Shown piece by piece: positions 54,284-64,000 of a stretch of DNA of 64,000 bases. The DNA comes from Octopus vulgaris (taxonomy: Eukaryota): assembly GCA_951406725.2 (NCBI GenBank), contig OX597823.1:8804001-8868000 (forward strand). The letters are read 5' to 3'. The notes below the pieces were generated by a model. The model did no database searches, had not been told where the DNA came from, and saw nothing but the letters and a program-made list of their open reading frames with translations. The stretch's first letter is position 1. Each line of letters opens with the position of its first letter. The position numbers and the translations under genes were made by a program.

Positions 54284-54442
54284 AGAGAGAGAAGTGAGAG
54301 AGCATAACATCAATTAATGAATGACAAAGGAATGGGAATTACGTAATCCTTTCACTAGGTTAAAGCTGCTACCACAATAAAGAACTACGTATTCAAAGAT
54401 GAATGCCTCGGAAACATGTAAGTGCTTATATATATATATAAG

Positions 54443-54668
54443 GACGGCGAGCTGGCAGAAACGTTAGCACGCCGGGCGAAATGCGTAGCCGTATTTTGTC
54501 TGTCGGTACGTTCCAAGTTCAAATTCCGCCGAGGTCGACTTTGCCTTTCATCCTTTCGGGGTCGATAAATTAAGTACCAGTTACGCACCGGGGTCGATGT
54601 AATCGGCGTAATCCGTTTGTATGTCCTTGTTTGTCCCCTCTGTGTTTAGCCCCTTGTGGGCAGTAAAG

Positions 54669-54673
<5 letters not shown>
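54443..54673 (+). mobile_element. SINE family A
   Basis: Full length, flanked by (TA)n. Confidence 0.92.
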
Positions 54674-54722
<49 letters not shown>

Positions 54723-54723
54723 A

Positions 54724-54754
<31 letters not shown>

Positions 54755-54846
54755 GTATGCATGTATATATATATATATATACGTAAATGTAGAACGTTGG
54801 AACGAGTGCTCAACACCGCATTGGTGGATAAGTAATATCTTTATTT

Positions 54847-55728
54847 GTGAATTAAGCCTACCATTGGTTTCATGATAAGATGAGTGAGAAAATATCGGAG
54901 TATATTACTAATTCTTCAAGCCGATGACATGGAGAAAGATATTTGCCTCCATTTTGAAACACAATCTCGTTTCGTTCACGGGATTTCTCGTAAATTTGCG
55001 TAAACGAAATAAGGAAACAATGAATCATGAGCCGCGACTCTACAAGTCGTTTTGGGGAGCTTGTCTGAGTTGTATTTTGTCTTTTCGGTAAATTTCTTAA
55101 TAATTTTGCGTTATTTATATGATATTGGTCTGGGCATGGTGTTTTGTACTTGTTTGTTACAGCTTGTTTCTTCTTTGTGTGGAGTTTGCTACATTTCTTC
55201 TTTGCTGTGTGAAGTTTGTGTGCTATGTGTGTTCACGTATAGGGGGGGGGGGTATCCTGGTTGGGTTGCCCTCGTTTGTAGTTACCCTCGTTTATAGGGA
55301 TTCCTCTTTAAAGTATTTGAGTGTAAAATATTGCTTATGTATGCAGGAAGAAAAGGTTTCATCCCCAATGTTTTCTGTTGATTGAATAATATTTAATTTT
55401 TCAGTAATGCAGAGTTCACATTTGGAGCCACGTCCCCTGTACTTTTTGGCTTTAGCAATAATTTTCCACACTACCCCGGCATTGCATATCCCATCTTCTT
55501 TCAATGTCCATATTACGTTTGAGAGCGATCTCGTATGTTTTTTGTTTTTGTATCTAAGTGACGCAAGGCGTTGCGTATAGATTTCCTTAAACGAGTTTCC
55601 CGTCATTCTGTTATACGCCTTTGGTACATGTAACACCTTTCTCCATGTGATCGGCTTCAAAAATGGTCGAGATACTTGGATATTTTCCCACTCTTCTTTA
55701 CAGGAAACCAATGGTAGTCTTAATTCAC
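54847..55728 (-). mobile_element. Penelope-like element 3' fragment: GIY-YIG C-terminus bounded by inverted terminal-repeat segments
   Basis: YNRMTGNSFKEIYTQRLASLR..SLSNVIWTLK..WKII.KA..Y..KCELCITEKLNII..SSCIHK. 54847-54940 is an inverted copy of 55637-55728, and a degenerate CCGATGA..GAAA motif starts at 54921. Confidence 0.82.
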
Positions 55729-55789
55729 ACACACACGCACGCATACACACACTTACACACACATATATGTATATAATTATGTATGTAGG

Positions 55790-55843
<54 letters not shown>

Positions 55844-55907
55844 TATGTATACATGTGTGGTGTGTATATATTATATGTCTACACACACGTACACAAAGAT
55901 GAGTTAC

Positions 55908-56062
55908 ACCTGTATTTCAATGTCACACTGTATCTCCCGGAGAACTGCATACAGGGAACATGTGTCTGTGGAGTGTTCTGCCACTTGCATGTTAATTTCA
56001 TGAGCATGCTGTTCCGCTGATCGGATCAACTGGGGGCCTCGTCATCGTAGCCGACGGAATGT
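55908..56062 (+). mobile_element. SINE family D 3' fragment
   Basis: acctgtatttcaa..gagaact..gtgtctgtggagtg..gttaatttca.gagc..gatcggatcaac..ccgacgga. Confidence 0.8.
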
Positions 56063-56068
56063 CAGTAA

Positions 56069-56120
<52 letters not shown>

Positions 56121-56809
56121 GTATGTGTGTGTATGTGTGTGTGTAGTCATCTGTATGTCTGTAAATATATATATGTATATATATATTTGTGCGTCAGTGC
56201 ACGCGTACATGTGTGTTTAATAGAGGGAGGCAATGTAAATAAGTAAAACATGATAGATATGGAATTTAGGTAGCTATATAACAAATAAGTATTTCGGTGA
56301 CTATTTATCGCGTCAGACGCTGTTGAACTATATACAGCTACTTCTTTAACTCAGTATACAATAGAAATTGATATCATGTATAGTTAGTATAGGGATCAAA
56401 AATAGCCCTTTCTAAGTTAAATGGTTCTAGAAATATGTTTTCGAAAGTTAGTGATGTAACTCCAGTTTAATCTTAGGGAATTACAATAATACGGGATCAT
56501 TGTTATAGATGGATTTATTAGATAAAATTTTAACACAGCCAAGGGCGATACTTAATCACTGTGAGTGCATCGTGGAATATGTATTACGTTTATATCGCGT
56601 GAATTATAAATACCTCTGGGACTCATCTGCCTCTCTTAAAAGAGATACTATACATATCTGTGCGCGCGTGTGTATATACACATATATACATACACTCACA
56701 TACCATTTCAGCATGGATGTTCTGTACGGAACTCCGTTACTACCATTTTTATAACCTCAGAATGACATTTCCAGTTACTTAACGACACATACTGTAAATA
56801 TATCATATA

Positions 56810-57199
56810 CTAGCAGCATCACCCGGCGTTGCTCGGGTTCGTTTCGACCCTGTAGAATTGGAATTTTTGAAACGTAAAAATGTTGCATTATGTAGCTTGT
56901 TATTCTCTTTGAGTGAACATTTTTCTGGTCGAAATACACCAAGATATGCCAACACAGCAGTAAAAAAATCGTAAAGAATAGGGATTTTCATAGAAAAAAA
57001 GCACCTTTTTGATGTAAATAATTTTTGGTCTTAACATGGTCCGATTCGAATTTTTTCTTTTACGGAAGAAAGAGCAAGCCTTCTCCTATCATACTCTCAA
57101 TTTTGGTCAACGTGCGCCGCAGGTCTCGGAGGAGATAGTGTTAGTTGAAGGCTACCAAACCTGCCATACACAGACAACTTCAGCTTTATAATATATAGA
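56810..57199 (-). mobile_element. Non-autonomous Helitron, family H2
   Basis: The 3' 30 bp (ctagcagcatcacccggcgttgctcgggtt) is shared with H1, the interior is unrelated, and the other end reads TCtatatattataaag on the minus strand. Confidence 0.8.
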
Positions 57200-57484
57200 A
57201 ATATAACTGATTAACGTTATAATCTGTGTCAGATATATTGCGAGCAGAGGAGCAAACCCTATCATCTAGCGGTGACAAGACCAGTGGTGCAGTCTGGTTT
57301 CAGAGTACTTCCTTTCGTCAGTACAGGACACATATCTGCTAGATATGGTTGTCGTTAGTTCTAGCTCGCAATATATAGATTCAGTCTCTGATTTAGCAGC
57401 TAACAAAGAAGGTAATTCTAAAAATTCTAAAGCGGTAAAAACATCACAAAAACTGCTACTCAGAGTTTCACATTCCCGTTCGTA

Positions 57485-57542
<58 letters not shown>

Positions 57543-57569
57543 TAGATAGATATATATATATATATGTCT

Positions 57570-57611
57570 GAGACCCCCTTCGGTCACGACACAGACCATG
57601 GGATTGCACCT
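57570..57611 (-). mobile_element. SINE family C 3' tail fragment
   Basis: Reverse complement of 12358-12399. Confidence 0.75.
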
Positions 57612-57623
57612 TCATGATATATC

Positions 57624-57661
<38 letters not shown>

Positions 57662-57669
<8 letters not shown>

Positions 57670-58221
57670 GTAAACATAGTAAATAGAGTAATAAAATAAA
57701 TGATGAGCTGAGTTTGAAAACGTTTTTGATTTTCATTTCATAAATGTCTCTAGTACTTGCTTCTTCTTTTAGAGGCCTTTTAATGTACTTATATATGAAT
57801 AACATATAGTCTAATGACTAATTTGTCTTTTGTGCTAGATCACTGGTAATAATAAATTATTTTATTACCCTATTTACTATGTTTACATATTGTTCGATAA
57901 ATTTGCTCGTAGACCTTCTACCGGCATCCTCTCTCTGTTCGCCGGGTATGTTTTGCGTCTGCGCACTGGTCTGAAAAGTTAGAGAATGCAGGTCGTTAGA
58001 ATCGCACATGCTCCTAACGATATGTACTTCTAGGATGACAAAGGCTGCTTGCTGATGAGTCTAGCCGTGGCAGATAAATTATATTCATCTGCTAAAAAAA
58101 AAGACGAAACTGCAGTACAAGATGAGCTGAGTTTGTAAACGTTTTTGATTTTCATTTCATGAATTTATCCCCTTTTTGTGTATCTAGTACTTGCTTCTTC
58201 TTTTTGAGGCCTTTTAATGTA

Positions 58222-58230
<9 letters not shown>
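57662..58230 (+). mobile_element. Non-coding hammerhead-containing Penelope-like/retrozyme-like element in (TA)n
   Basis: 5' inverted 35-bp segment, ~420-bp unit, hammerhead, then a partial repeat of the unit start (57702-57796 vs 58121-58230). Confidence 0.8.
58048..58121 (+). ncRNA. Type I minimal hammerhead ribozyme, canonical core
   Basis: cttg CTGATGA gtct-[loop with ggcagat/atctgct stem]-agac GAAA ctgcag TA caag; predicted cleavage after GUA at 58117. Confidence 0.82.
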
Positions 58231-58311
<81 letters not shown>

Positions 58312-58467
58312 TATATATATATATAAATGAATATATATATATATATATCATTTACTGTACAGAGAATTTAAATACTAATAGTTTCATGATATGGAGGCAT
58401 GATGATTCGGCAGATTTAAAAATCGGGTCTTGCGGCTCCAAGCAATCTTTCACACTGAGTCCACTTA

Positions 58468-58662
<195 letters not shown>

Positions 58663-58676
58663 AATATTACATAAAC

Positions 58677-58715
<39 letters not shown>

Positions 58716-59332
58716 CACACTCACAAACACAAGCTCTCTCTCTCTCTCTTACATGCACATACCCACACACAATACGCAAACACAGTCACAAACACACAGA
58801 CACACAGAGACGTACACAAACACAGACTGACACACACACACACACACGCACACACACGTATAAATAGGGACGAGTGGCCAAACAACGTGTCACACAAAAC
58901 ATATAACATACGTTACGCACGTTCCTAGAACGAGGCTGTCCCACTAGTCATCTATATCTGTTTGCGACTGAGGATAAGAATAAGTAGGTGCATGTGCACC
59001 TACATCCTAAAGGACGTGTGACCTAAGCATGGTATTATAAATGAGTTTACTTACCGCAAATGACAGATTACTGCTGATAATGCTTACATATATGTGAATA
59101 TATTTACAAGCATTATGTTGAGGAGCTATAGTATATTGGTTAGAATACGGACGGAAATACTTGTAAGTGTAAGCTTTGATGAGATATCCCTTCAATCACA
59201 AACGTACACACACAGACACGCACAAACACAACACACACACACATATAAATACACACGTACGCATATATATGTATATATATATACATATATACATACATAC
59301 ATACACATACAGTCATTTATATATTTATATGT

Positions 59333-59384
<52 letters not shown>

Positions 59385-59385
59385 C

Positions 59386-59454
<69 letters not shown>

Positions 59455-59462
59455 CATACACG

Positions 59463-59740
59463 AGGCTCCGACAACGTACCCTTTTTTGTCAGTCAATGCT
59501 TAAGTCGAATATGACATTTAAGTTCGACGAACGATTTGCAAAGAAGGCCACAGATGTTACAAGCTTGAGGATTATAGGTCAGTGTGGGTGATATATTTAC
59601 AGCCGCTTTTCTCCTTTGCTTTGCACCCCGAAGCCTGTTAATGCTGGTAGCAGAAATTTTTAAATACCATTTTGGCCCAAGGGTCTCCATTTTGTTTATA
59701 ACAAGTCTGTTTAGATATAAAGGAAGAGGTTACTCTTCAG
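59463..59740 (-). mobile_element. Probable RTE-type LINE 3' end
   Basis: ..[29 protein letters not shown] is a terminal C2H2-like finger typical of RTE ORFs, followed by a short UTR. Confidence 0.6.
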
Positions 59741-59906
59741 CTTGTCTTTATATATAAAGAGAGAGAGGGGAGAAGGGGGCAGAGAGAGGATAGAGAGGGG
59801 CAGAGAGAGAGAGATAAGCGACTTATATACATGTCTGCCTATGAATCTCTCTCCTTCCTCTGATTATATCTATCTATGTATCTATCTACGTATGTATGTA
59901 TGTATG

Positions 59907-59964
<58 letters not shown>

Positions 59965-60184
59965 CTATCTGTGTTCTGGAAGTTGTGCTTGGTAAACGAG
60001 AGACTATGCTGATGATCTTGCAGATGTTTGCGTGTCTATATACGTAAATATTAACAAGTGAAACCAATGGTACATAGGTAAAGGTTTTTTTTTTATTTCG
60101 TATATTTTCATTTGCCTTGATTATTTTTGCATTTTGGTTTTTTGCTGTGATTTTTCTTGAGAGCACATTCTTCGTGGCAATGGC

Positions 60185-60332
60185 GTTTAAATTCTCGTGA
60201 GTTGTTAAAACCCTCGTGAGTAGTTTAAATCCTTGTCGAGTTTATTAATTCCTCGTGAGTTGCTAAAATCATCGTGAATTGTTTAAATTCTCGTGAATTA
60301 TTAAAAGCCTTGTGTGTTGTTTAAATCCTCGT
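60185..60332. repeat. 19-bp minisatellite, ~8 diverged copies (gtttaaatcctcgtgagtt)
   Basis: Direct reading. Confidence 0.85.
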
Positions 60333-60445
60333 CGCCATTGGATAGGATCCTTAAAATGTTGGATTGTTATAACGCCCACTTCGGTATACAGTATACTTAG
60401 TAAAGCCAGTAAAGACACTACTATTTCTGACCGCCTACTACGTAC

Positions 60446-60538
60446 TCTTTACTTATAGTGACTAGGTTATTCCATTATCTTTACTTATAGTGACGAGGTT
60501 ATTCCATTCTCTTTACCTATAGTGAGTAGGTTATTCCA
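60446..60538. repeat. ~32-bp minisatellite, 3 copies (tctttacttatagtgactaggttattccatt)
   Basis: Direct reading. Confidence 0.85.
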
Positions 60539-61008
60539 ATCGTCACGCTGGAGATGTGTACCGTTATTACTAATTCCCTACAACAAGGAATATGCTCAAA
60601 ACGTTAAAAACTTACTCTCCTTTCCACATTTCCTGGGCGATAAACTTATACATCCTATGTGTATGTTCTCTTGTTTTGCTATTACTATTTTTAATGTTCG
60701 ATTGATTTCTCAAGTTTTAATATTCGATTTGACTATATATATATATATATCTGTGTGCCAATTCGGTTTTACTGACAATCTGTTCAGTTACTTTTTTACT
60801 CATTTGCTCATTTAGTCAATAAATCACCTGTTCTTATATGATTATATGCTGCCGCACGCTTGTTTTTCCAATTACCAACTCTTTCTATTTGGCAATCTAT
60901 ACCACTTATACATGTGTATGTATTCATCTAATACATTGGAATAAATAGACACACTGGAGTGTTTACCGGCTGTTGTCTGTCGATGTATCTTCTCCACTTT
61001 CTTATTTG

Positions 61009-61051
<43 letters not shown>

Positions 61052-61054
<3 letters not shown>

Positions 61055-61146
61055 TTCTTCCCTTCTTTCCTGAGCGTCCAATAATACTTTATTTGTTCCA
61101 CGTCCCCGCGTTGCTGTGTTTTTTTTGTGTTTTCTTGTTTGGATTA

Positions 61147-61150
<4 letters not shown>
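61052..61150 (+). repeat. Fragment of the Penelope-like family seen at 30617-30840, in (TA)n
   Basis: tttcctgagcgtccaataatact..tggattaact between two (TA)n tracts. Confidence 0.78.
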
Positions 61151-61186
<36 letters not shown>

Positions 61187-62132
61187 AAATGCGTACATAT
61201 ATAATATATACGCGTCTGTGCGTGTGTTTGAGTGTTTGTGAAGAAACTGCATGTATAAATCTATGTGCTTCCTTGTATCATTATGTTGTTTAAAGTAACC
61301 AGAAGCCAGTTATCAACAAGTCTCCTTTATTTTAAAGCAAGTACCACATACTGTCTAGATTGTTTTGTTAACCATCTTAAACCTTTGACGTCTTACACAT
61401 TGTGTTGACACGACTTGAATATCTCGTTTTCCTTGTTATACATTTATCACTACTCAATTCACCTACGTTAATACGAATTGTTCAAGCATTTTGCAACACT
61501 GGGAAATGCACCAATATTCATAAACACAAACGTTAAGTATATAGACAGGATATAGAAACGGTATAGTTCAGAACAACTTTCCTGAACGTTATTGTTTTCA
61601 ACGACTTTCAAGAGACGCTCACATCCGCTAGACAATTGACCTCCTCAACAACAGCGGTTTTCTTTTTCAATACTAGATGGCTATTTTAGTTTTGTTGTAA
61701 GCTAATTATTAAAGGGTTTGCTAGAGGATGACCTCTGCGTTGGAATGTTGAAATGCGCGAATGTAACTGACGCCAGTATTCTTTTGATTTCATTCAAGAA
61801 CAGCTATCTTACGGAAAGGGTGTAAATCGATTTCGAAAAGAAGAATATGCCAGGAAACACAGTAATAGTTGTTGTTGCTGTGATTTTGTTAATCCAGAAC
61901 TCAGCTCTGATCAAGCGGACTTATGATCAAAAGGCTTTTTAATGTTGGCCATACTGATATATTCTTATTTTTTTCGACGTAGTGTGTCTAGGATCTCATT
62001 ACACAATGCGTCCGTCTAATCATTCGCTGTTTGTTTTAGCTTTATTTTTAACTGCTTTTGTATCTGTGTGGGTGTTCCACATTGACTTTTTAAAGATATT
62101 GTTTCATGAAAATGGTGTTTATTTACGTAATA

Positions 62133-62527
62133 CTAGCAGTATCACCCGGCGTTGCTCGGATTAGTAAGGGAAATAACTATATAAGCATTTTTAGAGATGT
62201 AAAGTAAAATAGCCATCTCAATATGGCTAACCACAAAGGGGGGGGGTTACTGTAGCTTTTTACGTTCTGGGATTTAATAATACATTTTTAGAGAGTTACT
62301 TCCCTTATATAATAGCAAAAAAATGCATTAAAATGGGAAAAATTGATGGTAATTTTCTTTTAAAATCGTAGACTCATCGTAGACGCGCGTTAATACCCAG
62401 AAGGGCTCGATATGAATCACGACTATTAGATACCCAGTTTTGGTTAAACTGCACCGCAAAATGTGGGAGTAGTTGGGAATCTAAATCGTAGGAGACAGAC
62501 ACACAACCTCTCTTTTATATATAAAGA
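62133..62527 (-). mobile_element. Non-autonomous Helitron, family H1
   Basis: Same termini and an AT insertion site. Confidence 0.9.
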
Positions 62528-63515
62528 TTTTCAACTGAGATATTTCGATCACATCTAAACTGTTAAAGAATTTGTTATTACTTTTATTTTTAAGATCTTT
62601 CAATATAATTTTTTTTGCTCCTGATATTTGAATCAAAATGAGATGAGCGATACGACAGATTCACTCTCAGAAGATTTCCATGTATGTTCCTTGTCAGCTA
62701 TTCTAAAAATCCCAGATTAAATAACCATGCATACAACTTTACGCAAACTGAATCTCTCAATGTCTTTAATTCTTTTAAGATTTCTATTCACTATTAAATC
62801 ATTCGAAATTTTATTACCTATTGACAAAACATTCTATATTGTCCAGTCCCTTCCCAGTATGCTAACGTTAGTGTTGGTACTGAGAATGTATTATGAAATT
62901 TCTATCTAATGCAAGATGTAAGCTCTCCTTCCATGATTTTATTAAATTTGTCTTAATACGTATTGTCTAATTAGATTTTGTATAACGTATTTTGTCCTGT
63001 ATCAAGATATTTATCGAAATCACAACCACGAATAAGAGAAAAAGATCATCATTTATATGCAGGTTTTCGATTTGGAAGCATCTTTTCTCCGTTATATATT
63101 ATTCTGGTTGAATGTTTTACTTGGAAAACGCTGTTATTACGATCCAACAAAGGTATCCGACACACGGTCGCCCGACTTGTTACAGAAAAAGATATATAGT
63201 GATTCCTTTATGTCTAAAGCAAGGAACCAGAGCTACCGCGTCGAAGCAAAGCAACAATAGCGTAAAGTTGAACAGAAAAGGCAACAACAACAACAGAAGC
63301 AGGGTGCGTGGTCAGAGTAAACAGCAGTAACAACCCCTACTTCGCACGATTAGAAAAGCAACCTTCTAATAACTTCCACGAGCCGTTCGCTATGTCACCC
63401 TGTTCACATGTACTCACTTCTTTTTACTCCCGCCGTCATCATCTTCATCCTTTTCCTCTTCATCAACAACAGCATCACCGTCGTCGTAGTCGTCATCATT
63501 AACATCGTTTCATCA

Positions 63516-63546
63516 ACTACTACTACTACTACTACTGCTGCTGCTG

Positions 63547-63607
<61 letters not shown>

Positions 63608-63694
63608 AGCTGCTGCTGCTCCTGTTGCTTTTGCCATCAGCAGTAGAAGTACCACCACCGCCAACACCAGCACCAGCACCACCACTACTACTAT
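63516..63694. repeat. Compound (CTA)n/(CTG)n/(CCA)n trinucleotide tract
   Basis: Direct reading. Confidence 0.9.
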
Positions 63695-64000
63695 AGAAGA
63701 AAACATATCAGTCTTTCAGACTCCCTCATTCTATAGTAATTAATGAAAGGACTGGGTATCCGCAGTTTTTCCTTTGAAAGTAAGCAAGTCATCGTTCCTA
63801 ATTCGAATACCTCCATTTGGTATTTGGATGTATTCAAAGGATTTAGCTGGAATGCTATAATTCCGCCTAGACCTCCGACAGGAAACTTGTAGAGACATAT
63901 CTATGCACGACCTCCTATTCTTCTAAAAAAATGAAACGAAGAGCCTAAAACCCTTGGACACTTTTGACTCTCCTCCTGTATCCGTTGTCTTCTGTCCAGC

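Noticed and set aside
59493-59690. C2H2 zinc-finger gene fragment
   Set aside because: A single finger directly before a stop with no TGEKP linker; it fits an RTE LINE C-terminus better.
60185-60538. CRISPR-like array
   Set aside because: The repeats are contiguous with no unique spacers, there are no cas genes, and the context is eukaryotic.
63408-63743. Mucin-like Thr/Ala-rich ORF with a hydrophobic N-terminus
   Set aside because: It is built from compound trinucleotide repeats and has no other support. It cannot be fully excluded without RNA-seq.

Overview
This is an AT-rich, extremely repetitive, non-coding eukaryotic window. It is most consistent with intronic or intergenic DNA of a coleoid cephalopod, probably Octopus; that assignment rests on my recollection of the SINE families and the microsatellite load and was not verified by search. 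I found no host protein-coding exon, rRNA, intact tRNA or CRISPR array, and nearly all tracked ORFs are microsatellite read-throughs. The window is a mosaic of: (i) long (ATAC)n, (TAA)n, (TATC)n and (TA)n/(CA)n microsatellites; (ii) four tRNA-derived SINE families in more than 20 copies, several with clean target-site duplications; (iii) decayed LINE fragments (R4/Dong-type with RLE endonuclease, L1-Tx1, RTE-BovB); (iv) six non-autonomous Helitrons with TC...hairpin-CTAG ends; (v) Tc1/mariner relics; and (vi) Penelope-like pieces (GIY-YIG domains, long palindromes, minimal hammerhead ribozymes), mostly in (TA)n. The most notable signals are a canonical hammerhead in a ~420-bp partial-tandem retrozyme-like unit (57662-58230), a second hammerhead family with a swapped G3-C8 core pair (10035-10084), and apparent partitioning of retroelement families among microsatellite motifs, including a candidate (TATC)n-specific Tx1 element.
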